Origin: an uncultured Candidatus Saccharibacteria bacterium
Lineage (GTDB): Bacteria; Patescibacteriota; WWE3; 2-01-FULL-39-13
NCBI GenBank assembly: GCA_965230915.1
Contig: OZ246395.1
Span: forward strand, 664,935-728,934
Direction: 5' to 3'
Length of the DNA stretch: 64,000 nt
Both the position numbers and the translations under genes were made by a program. The notes under the pieces were generated by a model. It searched no databases and was not told the origin of the DNA. It saw nothing but the letters and a program-made list of their open reading frames with translations. Numbering within the stretch: the first letter of the stretch is position 1; the number at the start of each line of letters is the position of its first letter. This document shows positions 51,032 through 60,314 of the stretch, one piece after another.

Positions 51032-52414
51032 CTAGGCTACGTGTGGTAATTCAAACAGAATATTGTAAGCTTCGGTATCACCTTCCACAATAATTCTCAA
51101 AAGTTCAACCGCTAATGTAGACATAACCTCTTCAAATTTTGCTCTATCAATTGATATAACCTTATTATCTTCGCCATAAATAACCGCCCCTCCAGCTCTT
51201 AACCGCTTTAAAGCAGCGACATCCCCTCTTATATATGGCTCGAGTTTCTTATCGTAGGGTTCTCTTGAAATTAGGTCAAAATAACCAGATACAAAGCTCT
51301 TCATCATTTTTTCATACAACCTATCGCACATATCACCTTTTTCGACAATTTTTCTTCTTACAGCTTCCATTGTACCGATGGTTGCTTCAAGTTCGGTTCC
51401 TTCACGAGCTTTAGTTCGATCAGAATATTTATGCTCAATTAAAAGCTCACAAACTTCGTGTCCATATCTAAATTCCATTGAATCATCTAAAAGATTGGCT
51501 CTCATTTCTTCCAATAATCCGGGGCCAAAAAATCTATCTATTCGTTTAAGATATTCTTCCCGATTTAAAAGCTGCATGTTTATATTCGAGATAAACTGAA
51601 CTCTGTTATTCCCATCAGCTCCTATTCTTTTATATTGATGCGCTGTTGATCTAGAAACACCGTGCATGGCGCCGCGTGCCAATACGAAATCTTCTCGATA
51701 TCCGCTACGATACCCTTCTAGTAAATCTTCCGCACCTAAATATTCTGCTATTGCGGACTCTATAATTTTAGCTTCCACGGTTTTTTGTTCAGGCGTTAAA
51801 TCACCCAAAACGTATCGAACAGTTGCCGTTGGATTTCCTCCTTTTTCACGTTCTGGGTGTATATAAGATTCAACACCTTGCTCAATTTGAGGAGATAATC
51901 GAACATCAATTCTACAAATATCGTGTGGCAAATCGTACCAAACTTTTTCAGCTAAAGATTCGGCGCGACCTCGACCAGCAAGAAAATCCAAAATAGTTAA
52001 TTCTAAAAACTTTCTGTGATGCGCATATCTTTCATCTTCTGGAATATATCTGAGTGCGTCCCATAAACCGTCAACCAATCTTAAAACTTCATACTCTTGG
52101 GATTTCCAAAAGGTCTTCCAGTCTGTGTAATTAGTTTCATTGGCATATGCGTTATATATATTAGTTGCAGGAATAATAGACCTTACACCCGCCAAAAACA
52201 TTGCAACTTCACACTCATTCAAAGAATCAATTAATTCTGGATCAAAATCTTCAATAGCAAAACCAGCCAGAGCACCAGGTGTGGCAGATTCTATTTTCTG
52301 TTTTTCTAATTTAATTTCTTCGATTTCTTGAACAAGAAGGTCTTTAGGGGAAATCTCATTTTCAGAGGCTAAATTATCTTCGCAAAATACACTATTCATC
52401 TTAGTTAGACTCAA
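51032..52414 (-). CDS. Divergent peptidase M49 (DPP III/NUDT3-peptidase)-like protein
   Basis: GHEVCE plus downstream TELEATIG, and a C-terminal GAV...ID..KF...MSTL..ELL.I..EGD segment resembling the neighbouring gene and M49 C-termini. Confidence 0.55.
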   Translation of the reverse strand: MSLTKMNSVFCEDNLASENEISPKDLLVQEIEEIKLEKQKIESATPGALAGFAIEDFDPELIDSLNECEVAMFLAGVRSIIPATNIYNAYANETNYTDWKTFWKSQEYEVLRLVDGLWDALRYIPEDERYAHHRKFLELTILDFLAGRGRAESLAEKVWYDLPHDICRIDVRLSPQIEQGVESYIHPEREKGGNPTATVRYVLGDLTPEQKTVEAKIIESAIAEYLGAEDLLEGYRSGYREDFVLARGAMHGVSRSTAHQYKRIGADGNNRVQFISNINMQLLNREEYLKRIDRFFGPGLLEEMRANLLDDSMEFRYGHEVCELLIEHKYSDRTKAREGTELEATIGTMEAVRRKIVEKGDMCDRLYEKMMKSFVSGYFDLISREPYDKKLEPYIRGDVAALKRLRAGGAVIYGEDNKVISIDRAKFEEVMSTLAVELLRIIVEGDTEAYNILFELPHVA

Positions 52415-53750
52415 TTATTTCGCGTAGTAGAGGTTCGAATTTTGCGATTTCTTTTTCGTTGTTATATCTTGCAAACAATTCTTCAGCGCCTTTTGCGTTT
52501 CTATTCAAAATAATTTGAGAAAGCTCCATAACTAAATTGTCGATTGCTGAATACATCTTAGAATAATTTATTTGAATCTTATTCTCATATATCTGAATAG
52601 CGTCTCTTTCTAATAAATAGTTGAAAATTAATTTATCGCCATCAGAATAAACAGAAACTGAATTATTTTTCTTTCCTTGGTACCAAGTTCTTAACATCGA
52701 AGCCAAGTAGGCTACTAATATATATTGATATTCCTCGGTTGAAATAACACCTTTTAATACATGTATAGCACCTGATTTTAGTCCCATTAAATCTGCGTAT
52801 ACTTCAACGACATGATCGCGATAATTTCTCAATTGGTTATATGCATTTTTATATTTTAATTTGGAAATAGTTTCCGAGATTTCGTGGAAGATAATAACTT
52901 TTGTTCTGGCTTCTTCTAGTTTCTTTTTATCATTGTACGATGAGTCGATAATTTTATGAGCAATTTCATTTACAACAGGTTGCTTCTTGCTCATGTTATT
53001 TGTGTAGATAATTGCTTTAACTCCTAAGTGGAATAAGTTCATATCTGATGGATAATTGCTTGCACTTGGGAATAAATCTGCGTGCCATCCGCCCATTGCG
53101 ATAACTTTGTCAATTCTTACAACGAATTCTGATTCTGAAACGTCTTTAGCAAATGGTGAAGAAGGTAAAATTTCATTTATTACTCCAATGTACTCTTTTA
53201 AGTTTGAATATTCAGATTCATCTCTAACTCTTAAGTTTGCCTGAAAAGCTCTTTTAATTCCAAGTAATTTGTCCTGGTATGTTTCGAGGGGCCCTAATTT
53301 TATATCTATTAAGCTATCTAGTTTTAACCATCTTTTTTCACTCGATTCAAAATTTGCAGATTTTAGATCAGATGCTAGATGTTTTAAATAATCGGCATAG
53401 TCTTTTTGACCATTCTTAGAATACAAAGTTTCCGCAGATTTAAGATGCTTAACGATTTCATTAATTTCTGATTCGAATTCATCGTAATAATAGACACCTT
53501 TAAGTTCTGCGCCTTCTCTTATAACTCTAGTATACGGGCTTAAGATTTTTGCATCTTCTATAGCTGCATCTTCGATTTCGTCTATCGATGCATTAGCAGG
53601 ATAAAATCCTGCAGCAGAATTTACTTGCTGATCATAAATTTCACCACACAAACGGGTAACTTCTTTAAAGTGTTCAACAACATTAACTTCCCAATCTTTT
53701 AAATGGGAAAAATCTACATCTGAATGTTCGAAATAATATTTATTACTCAT
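52401..53750 (-). CDS. Peptidase M49 (DPP III/NUDT3-peptidase)-like protein
   Basis: FYPANAS, LSPYTRV, GPLETYQDKLLGIKRAF, FHEISE, VEVYADLMG, FNYLLERDAI. Confidence 0.72.
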   Translation of the reverse strand: MSNKYYFEHSDVDFSHLKDWEVNVVEHFKEVTRLCGEIYDQQVNSAAGFYPANASIDEIEDAAIEDAKILSPYTRVIREGAELKGVYYYDEFESEINEIVKHLKSAETLYSKNGQKDYADYLKHLASDLKSANFESSEKRWLKLDSLIDIKLGPLETYQDKLLGIKRAFQANLRVRDESEYSNLKEYIGVINEILPSSPFAKDVSESEFVVRIDKVIAMGGWHADLFPSASNYPSDMNLFHLGVKAIIYTNNMSKKQPVVNEIAHKIIDSSYNDKKKLEEARTKVIIFHEISETISKLKYKNAYNQLRNYRDHVVEVYADLMGLKSGAIHVLKGVISTEEYQYILVAYLASMLRTWYQGKKNNSVSVYSDGDKLIFNYLLERDAIQIYENKIQINYSKMYSAIDNLVMELSQIILNRNAKGAEELFARYNNEKEIAKFEPLLREIIESN

Positions 53751-54213
53751 ATTTAATTTCTACCACTTTATAAACTACTTTGAAAATTGGTGTCTCAACT
53801 TTGACTTCACTGCCAAGCTTTGCTCCCAGTAACGCACTACCAACTGGAGATTCGTTTGAAATATATCTTTTTGTAGGATCTGCTTCTGCGCTACCAACAA
53901 TTGTAAAAGTGTCCCGCTTACCTTCTGATTCGACAACTACACAGCTACCAATCATAACTACGTCATTTTCAATATCTTCTTTTGAAACAATTTGAGCGTG
54001 GGCTAATATATCTTCGATCTCTTGAATTTTACCGTCGATATAATTTTGCTCTTCAACTGCAGCGTCAAAAACTACGTTTTCTAAGACATTTCCCATGTCA
54101 CGTGCATCTTTCATCTTAGCAGCTACTGTGGTTCGGCTTAACTCTCGTAGATGCTTAAGTTCTTCTTTAAGTTTTTTAAACCCGTCCTGTGTTAAAAATT
54201 GTTTTTCGGCCAT
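53743..54213 (-). CDS. GreA-family factor, variant paralog
   Basis: Gre fold (LTQDG..KL..EL, IVGSAEAD, ISNESPVGSALLG). The tip motif is GNVLEN. Confidence 0.88.
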   Translation of the reverse strand: MAEKQFLTQDGFKKLKEELKHLRELSRTTVAAKMKDARDMGNVLENVVFDAAVEEQNYIDGKIQEIEDILAHAQIVSKEDIENDVVMIGSCVVVESEGKRDTFTIVGSAEADPTKRYISNESPVGSALLGAKLGSEVKVETPIFKVVYKVVEIKYE

Positions 54214-54234
54214 TTCTTTTGAAGTCCAGCCCGA

Positions 54235-54711
54235 TTACTTAACTTCGATTACTTTATACTTAACTATTCCAGCTGGTGCCTTCACCTCAACTATATCCCC
54301 GACCCTTTTGCCTAATAAAGCCTGTCCCAACGGAGATTCATGAGAAATCTTATTCTCTGCGAAGTTTACTTCCTCTGCGCCTACAAGTGAATAGGTAATT
54401 TTATCCTTTTGAGTTTCAAGAATTACAGTTCTACCTACAGATACAGTGCCATGAGGAGCTTTTGCAACATCCTCAGCTACCTCTGCTCTCTTTAAAATGT
54501 CTTCGAGTTCACGAATTCTACCTTCTATAAAGGACTGTTTTTCGCGAGCAGCACTATACATGCCATTTTCACTGACATCACCTAATGCTCTTGCGCTTTG
54601 CAATTCTTCTAAAATTGCAGGTCTCTGAACTTTTGTTAAATCTTCGTACTCCTGTTGAATTGTCGCCAACCCTTCTTTTGTAAGAAGTATTTTATTATCT
54701 TTTTTAATCAT
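54235..54711 (-). CDS. greA: Transcription elongation factor GreA
   Basis: ARALGDVSEN tip with both acidic residues, ISHESPLGQALLG, APAG. Confidence 0.93.
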   Translation of the reverse strand: MIKKDNKILLTKEGLATIQQEYEDLTKVQRPAILEELQSARALGDVSENGMYSAAREKQSFIEGRIRELEDILKRAEVAEDVAKAPHGTVSVGRTVILETQKDKITYSLVGAEEVNFAENKISHESPLGQALLGKRVGDIVEVKAPAGIVKYKVIEVK

Positions 54712-54881
54712 ATTCGTATTATTTGGTTTTAAGTCGCAAAAGCATAACCCTTATAAAAAGGCTTCGTACTTATGTGCCGCTTAAAAACTAATAATATTAT
54801 AAATAACTTAAAATGGAAATGCCTAATCTATGGGAAGATTAGAAGAAACACTCCACTACATAGTTCTGTTATGCAATGAAT

Positions 54882-54909
54882 ATTTTATCTTATCTATTAT
54901 ATAAGTCAA
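54882..54909 (-). promoter_or_regulatory. Putative sigma70 promoter of the greA operon
   Basis: TTGACT-16 bp-TAAAAT on the - strand, about 170 nt upstream of the greA ATG. Confidence 0.55.
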
Positions 54910-55056
54910 TGTGTCGAAAGCCACTCCACGACAGGCTTTTTTGACTGTTTATATTGATTTTCAGCTGAAAAATGAGGCTGGGCTTTAATTACTATAGTAA
55001 ATAAAATATAATAGGAGAGCTCAAATACAGGCTTTTTAGGCCTTTTTGAAGCTTGT

Positions 55057-55133
55057 GGCCCCGTCGTCTAGCGGTTCAGGACATCAGGTTCTCATCCTGA
55101 AGATCGCGGGTTCGAATCCCGCCGGGGTCACCA
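55057..55133 (+). tRNA. tRNA-Glu(CTC)
   Basis: Acceptor GGCCCCG/CGGGGTC, anticodon arm TCAGG-TTCTCAT-CCTGA, T arm GCGGG-TTCGAAT-CCCGC, encoded CCA. Confidence 0.96.
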
Positions 55134-55203
55134 TAGATTCTTGAGCTCTGAGCTTTTCCCCTATATCATTTAATAAGTATATTTATTAAAAGGAGATACT
55201 TTA

Positions 55204-55395
55204 GTGGAAAATAAAATTATCGGAATAATGGTGATGAATTTAATGATAGGCGTTCTTTTTTTGATCTTAGGAATTATCAAATTTGTTAACCCAAATCCAA
55301 AAGACGAAATGGACTTACTATTTGGTGTTATCTACCTATTATCAGGACTCACCATGTCTGGCGTATCAATATATAGGTTAATCGTTAAAAAATAA
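55204..55395 (+). CDS. Hypothetical 2-TM small protein
   Basis: AAGGAG SD before a GTG start, two hydrophobic helices. Confidence 0.6.
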   Translation: MENKIIGIMVMNLMIGVLFLILGIIKFVNPNPKDEMDLLFGVIYLLSGLTMSGVSIYRLIVKK

Positions 55396-55403
55396 GGGGT
55401 TAA

Positions 55404-55994
55404 TTAGAATTCCGGCTCTTCAGTGTAATAAAAGTCACATAAATCGACGTTATTTACTACATCTCCACCTGAAACATTTAATTTAATAAGTTCGTGACCA
55501 TCGTCCGCATTACAAATATCTGCACTGCTGTTAATTCCACATTTCGTGTAATAACCCGAAATATAATCTTCGTTACCACTAGCATGAGCTTGATATCTTA
55601 AAACATATTCTCCGGGGTCAACTTCAATTTTATAAGATGAAAACTCTCCATCGTAATCAATAGTTGTTAATTTATTTGTCTGTGTATTTTTAGCAACAAT
55701 TTCACCCTTTGGTAAAAAATTAGAAGGATAGCAAAGTTTTCCATTGATTGTAGCTTTGCTAACAGCAATTACATTTGGGTCTTCTTGAAGATTTTTATCG
55801 ATAGATTCGTCAATCGCATTTTCTAAAACCTTATCATTTTTATCGTAAATATATGTGTCGCTCTGATTATCATCTGCTTTATAATTGGCAACCTTTTTTT
55901 CAGATTTTGTGTAGTCGAGGAAAATATAAACTCCGGCAATTATTACTAAAACTGTAAGGACCCCTAATATAAATGATGTTGCTGCGTTTGCCAT
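55404..55994 (-). CDS. Hypothetical membrane-anchored exported protein
   Basis: N-terminal TM and a Cys-containing beta domain (GKLCYPS...GYYTKC...DLCDFY). Confidence 0.75.
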   Translation of the reverse strand: MANAATSFILGVLTVLVIIAGVYIFLDYTKSEKKVANYKADDNQSDTYIYDKNDKVLENAIDESIDKNLQEDPNVIAVSKATINGKLCYPSNFLPKGEIVAKNTQTNKLTTIDYDGEFSSYKIEVDPGEYVLRYQAHASGNEDYISGYYTKCGINSSADICNADDGHELIKLNVSGGDVVNNVDLCDFYYTEEPEF

Positions 55995-56572
55995 TATTTT
56001 AAAAATATTATTTGATTTTGGTCAGTTTCCACTTCTTTTTGTTTCTTTGCTGTAGCCTCGCGAATTGTCGTAACCTTATCTGAAAACATTTTATTAGACT
56101 CTTCTGTGGATTTGATCCAACTTACCATATCTTCGGTTAAATTTTCTCCTACATATCTTAATGCATCTTCAAAATTCATATTCGGATATGCAACCATAAC
56201 ATTTTTAGCACTTTTTTCGAATTGTAGATATAGGCTTTCGGCTTCAGCATCTGTAATTCCATATTTTTCTTTTATAGTAGACTTTTGTTCTGAGCGAGAT
56301 AGCTCGCTTTCACGCATTCCTGAATCGTTCTGCGCAATAAAATTTAATGTATCAATTGCCGCACCTGCAACGTTTGAATTCGATGTTAGTTCTAAATGTG
56401 GTTCAGATGTAAGTTGGGCTAAATTAGGTTTAGCTTCAAGGTATTGATCTACAACCTGATTGGCGTAGTTAGCTACGCGCTGAGTGTCCTCGGTATTCGG
56501 ATAACGCTTATCCTCATTTTCAGAAGGAGTTCCATAAGGAAAAAGAGTAGCTATAGAGGGCTGGGCTTCCAT
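55994..56572 (-). CDS. Hypothetical protein
   Basis: 192-aa ORF with TGnTAAAAT 7 nt upstream. No recognised motif. Confidence 0.65.
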   Translation of the reverse strand: MEAQPSIATLFPYGTPSENEDKRYPNTEDTQRVANYANQVVDQYLEAKPNLAQLTSEPHLELTSNSNVAGAAIDTLNFIAQNDSGMRESELSRSEQKSTIKEKYGITDAEAESLYLQFEKSAKNVMVAYPNMNFEDALRYVGENLTEDMVSWIKSTEESNKMFSDKVTTIREATAKKQKEVETDQNQIIFLK

Positions 56573-56588
56573 AAACTCAATTTTAGCA

Positions 56589-57701
56589 TTAACTACAGAG
56601 TTCCATAATCATAGAATACATCCTTAAGTTATGAATTGTAGCTAATCTCCAGGCTAATGAATCGCCTATTGTGAACAAATGATGTAAATATGAAAGTTTA
56701 TAATTTTTACATGTATAACAATCGCAAAACTCGCTAATGGGTCTTTCATCACGAACAAATTTTTCACGCGAAATATATACATATTCATACCAATCGGTTT
56801 CGGTATATATATCTTTAATATTTTTTGGATCTTTCTTAAAAACATACAAACGTTCATGTCGCGCATCGCGAGTCGGAAGAACACAATCGAAAATTCCATA
56901 CCCTAAACGAACGCAGTCTACTAATGCTTGTGGGTTACCTATTCCCAATCCATATCGGGGCTTTGTGCCGGGGGTTACACGTGCGATATGTTCGATAATA
57001 TCAAGATCGATCTGCATGTCTTCTGTAAAAGTCCATCCGCCAAGGCCGTAGCCATCAAAACCAATTTGTTCGAGCTCGGTTGCTGATCTTTCACGCTCTT
57101 TTTTTGAATGGGCACCTTGAACAACTCCAAATAAGTGAGGTCGGGTTTCGTCTGTTAACTTTCTTTGAGCACATTGTTTTTCAAATTCATCTTTGCATCG
57201 TTTTGCCCATTCGGTTGTCCAATCTACACTAACTTTGATTTCATCGTCTTTTGCATTAAATGGGGTAAAGTAATCCAAAACGATCATAATATCTGATCCG
57301 ATATCAAATTGAATCTGAATACATTTTTCTGGCGTTATTTGATATTTTTTACGTCCGCCCTTTGAATGCAAATGAAAAGTGACCCCATCCCTGGTAATTT
57401 TTCCTAGTGATTTATTTTTGTGAATTAAAGAAAACATTTGAAACCCACCAGAATCTGAAATTATCCAGCCAGGCCAAGACATAAAGCTTTTTACCCCACC
57501 TACACTTTTTAAAACGCTGGGCCCAGGTTGAGAAAGCAAATGGTAAGTGTTAACGATAAGGCCTTTGATTTGTTCATCGACAAGATCTTGAGAATCTAAA
57601 CTTCGAATAACCCCTCTGGTTGCATCTGGAAAGAAAACGGGTAACTTTTCAGTTTTTCCTTTAATTTTTATTGAATCTACGCGGTTTATTGCATCTGACA
57701 T
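56589..57701 (-). CDS. tgt: tRNA-guanine transglycosylase
   Basis: NTYHL, DSGGFQMFSL, GVVQG, FDCVLPTR, CDCYTC...HN zinc site. Confidence 0.92.
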   Translation of the reverse strand: MSDAINRVDSIKIKGKTEKLPVFFPDATRGVIRSLDSQDLVDEQIKGLIVNTYHLLSQPGPSVLKSVGGVKSFMSWPGWIISDSGGFQMFSLIHKNKSLGKITRDGVTFHLHSKGGRKKYQITPEKCIQIQFDIGSDIMIVLDYFTPFNAKDDEIKVSVDWTTEWAKRCKDEFEKQCAQRKLTDETRPHLFGVVQGAHSKKERERSATELEQIGFDGYGLGGWTFTEDMQIDLDIIEHIARVTPGTKPRYGLGIGNPQALVDCVRLGYGIFDCVLPTRDARHERLYVFKKDPKNIKDIYTETDWYEYVYISREKFVRDERPISEFCDCYTCKNYKLSYLHHLFTIGDSLAWRLATIHNLRMYSMIMELCS

Positions 57702-57784
57702 ACAGGCAATAGTTTAAAGGATTTTAACTTCAATAGAAAGGCCCGAGGCTGTAAAATATGATAAGGTAATAATATTGTTTAAAA

Positions 57785-58192
57785 ATGATCACTAAAAAAG
57801 CTGTAATTTTACCAATACTAGTTGTCTTATCTCTTCAAGGAGTTATTGGATCGATAATGTTTTATAGGCAACAGTCAGAAAAAGTTACCAGCTACTTAAC
57901 TTCTGAAACCGGAAAAGTTGCCGGAACCTCAACCTCAGAAATAATTGATTTGAGCAAAGAAATTCCACTCGTGCCTGGTGCAGAAGTATCAAGTATCGAC
58001 ACCTCACAAAATATAGTTTCATTGACAGTTGAAAGCTCACTCCCTGAAGAAGAAATTAATACTTACTATGATGACTTTATGCTTTTAAATGGCTGGACTC
58101 AAATAAGTGACAACGAATACCAGAAAGAAAATAAAAAGCTAAAAATTGAGGTTACTGGAAATATTATTAAACTTACGCTAATTCGCAGCTAA
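57785..58192 (+). CDS. Hypothetical exported/membrane-anchored protein
   Basis: N-terminal TM, VAGTST linker, IPLVPGA...YY......GW small domain. Confidence 0.7.
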   Translation: MITKKAVILPILVVLSLQGVIGSIMFYRQQSEKVTSYLTSETGKVAGTSTSEIIDLSKEIPLVPGAEVSSIDTSQNIVSLTVESSLPEEEINTYYDDFMLLNGWTQISDNEYQKENKKLKIEVTGNIIKLTLIRS

Positions 58193-59953
58193 CTATTCGC
58201 GGGTACCTACTTTGTAGACTGTTGGCCATGCGCGGTAATTTGATTTAAAAGTATCATCGGAAACTACTTGACCTTCTTTTTTAACAATTCTGCCGAACGA
58301 AACCGATGCTCCCCAAACTGAATGCTCGACTTGTTTTGTTTGTCCTTTTGCCAATGTTGGATCATCCTCATAAATAGTTGCAGGTGGAGGTGTTTGAGAT
58401 AAAATCTTTGGCTTAGAGATTTCTACTTCGCGGCCATCTTTTGTTCCATAAATTCTAAAAGCTAAAGCTGAATTTTTCTCATCAAATTCAGATGTAATTA
58501 AAATATACCCGGGTGTATTATTCAAAAATTTCATATCAACACTTGGGCTATAAATCGCGGCATCGATTCCGGGAGGTGAGTCCTGTTCATAATAACCAAC
58601 ACGATAAGCATGAGGATTTCTTTCAGTAATTGGCAGGCCAGCATTTAGAGCAGCCCTAAATAATGTGGTTGAAACCTGGCAAACTCCTCCGCCATCGCCT
58701 AAAACTGTACGACCAGCACTTATAACGTAAGCACTTGTGTAGCCAGTTTTTCTGGAAATTTCTCCCACGGCTTCTACGAATGAAAACTCTTCACCTGGTG
58801 GAACCAAAGTTCCACTAACTCTCGAAGACGCTAAACCAATATTAAAAACGCGTCCGGGAATCGAGCCTTTAAATGTGGATGTCCCAGTTGCTATCAATTC
58901 TCTAATTCCAAATTCATTTTCGGTTTCAGGCGCAGTAGCAACCTGAACTAAAACTGGAATTTCTTTGGTTTTGGCTAAAATATCTTTTTTTACTTCTTCA
59001 GAAGTTTCTTTTATTTTCAGGCGCAAACCATCTTCAGAAGATACAAATTTAACAGCCTTACCATTTTCGACTTCCAAAACCTGTCCCCGCGGATTTCTAT
59101 CAAGCTCTGAAACAATTGATGAAAGCTTTTTGATAACTTCTAAATCATTAACACGCAAACTAACTTCACCAGCATCATTTTTTACAACGTCAAAAAGCGC
59201 TGCCATTTCAGGCTTTGTGAAAGCCCATTCTTTATTTTCATATTTTAATGTATACCCAACATCAATATGCGACTCCAATTCACCTTTTACTTTTTCTAGA
59301 TCTGCGACTGTAAGTTTTGGATTCACATCAACTAGAGGCTCATCTATTTGAGAATAGTTTTCACTTTCAAATGCGCTTAAAACTCTGTTTTTAATAGACT
59401 CATCTTCGAAAGACCTTCCAGTCGTACCCTCGATGATTACAACTTCATCATCGGCTATTTCAAAATGAGTTTCCTGAGCAAGTAAACCAGCTTCCTTTTT
59501 TATATTGGTTATTGCGATATCTAGCTTCGCTTCATCATATTTATATGAAGGCTTGATATCTATAGATTTAAAGATTGCGGTAAATTTGCTTTTTAATGAT
59601 TGTAGAAAATTAGTCTCGCGTCCGATTTCAAATGCATTTGAAGTAGTTTCAACATCAAGATATTCAAACCCAATATCTTGATATGATAGATCCTTTTCGT
59701 AACCTTGATCGATTTTCACTTTTACAGATCCATCTTTTGGAAATTCATTTTTAATTTTTTCGATTGATTGTTGAGCTGTAAGACCGCTAAAATCACGCCC
59801 ATTTACAGTGATTTTCCACAAAATTTTGTTGGCATAGTATATGTGATATCCAATAAACCCAATAATTAATAGAAAGTAGATCGAATATAAAACATAGCTT
59901 ATAGGACTTCTTGCCTTATCTCGTTTATTTTTTTTATGCTTAACTGTAGGCAT
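58193..59953 (-). CDS. VanW family protein with PG-binding (PG_binding_4-like) repeats
   Basis: N-terminal TM. R..NI, GGGVCQVSTTLF, ERNPHAY, GIDAAIY, DMKFLNN, and a G5-like tail. Confidence 0.88.
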   Translation of the reverse strand: MPTVKHKKNKRDKARSPISYVLYSIYFLLIIGFIGYHIYYANKILWKITVNGRDFSGLTAQQSIEKIKNEFPKDGSVKVKIDQGYEKDLSYQDIGFEYLDVETTSNAFEIGRETNFLQSLKSKFTAIFKSIDIKPSYKYDEAKLDIAITNIKKEAGLLAQETHFEIADDEVVIIEGTTGRSFEDESIKNRVLSAFESENYSQIDEPLVDVNPKLTVADLEKVKGELESHIDVGYTLKYENKEWAFTKPEMAALFDVVKNDAGEVSLRVNDLEVIKKLSSIVSELDRNPRGQVLEVENGKAVKFVSSEDGLRLKIKETSEEVKKDILAKTKEIPVLVQVATAPETENEFGIRELIATGTSTFKGSIPGRVFNIGLASSRVSGTLVPPGEEFSFVEAVGEISRKTGYTSAYVISAGRTVLGDGGGVCQVSTTLFRAALNAGLPITERNPHAYRVGYYEQDSPPGIDAAIYSPSVDMKFLNNTPGYILITSEFDEKNSALAFRIYGTKDGREVEISKPKILSQTPPPATIYEDDPTLAKGQTKQVEHSVWGASVSFGRIVKKEGQVVSDDTFKSNYRAWPTVYKVGTRE

Positions 59954-59963
59954 GCTTATTATT

Positions 59964-60314
59964 TTAGCTGAACTTTAAGTATTTTTGTACATTCTGCTTA
60001 ATCCACTTATGGTGAACTTTATAGTCTTGATCCATTTCCTGGACTGCCGACCAGAAACTACGACTGTGGTTATGATGCCTGAGATGAGCGACTTCGTGCT
60101 TTACAACGTATTCCATATATTTTTGAGGAAACTTAACAATCTGCCAATTAAAATTCAAATTACCATATGTAGAACAGCTACCAAGCCTTGTTCTAGTATT
60201 TTTTATAGCAATACGATTGTACTTATAACCGAATTGCTCGCAGATTCTATCTACTGACTCTGTGATTATAGCTCTCGCCTGCTCTCTTTTTTGCTTTTCT
60301 ACCTTTGTTATCAT
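59964..60314 (-). CDS. Short YgjP/DUF45 (M48-like) metallohydrolase
   Basis: TRLGSCS, YVVKHEVAHL..HNHS..FW. Confidence 0.82.
   Translation of the reverse strand: MITKVEKQKREQARAIITESVDRICEQFGYKYNRIAIKNTRTRLGSCSTYGNLNFNWQIVKFPQKYMEYVVKHEVAHLRHHNHSRSFWSAVQEMDQDYKVHHKWIKQNVQKYLKFS

Noticed and set aside
55612-55620. CCGGGGTCA matching the tRNA-Glu 3' end (possible att site)
   Set aside because: Only 9 bp, inside a CDS, and there is no integrase nearby. Compatible with chance.
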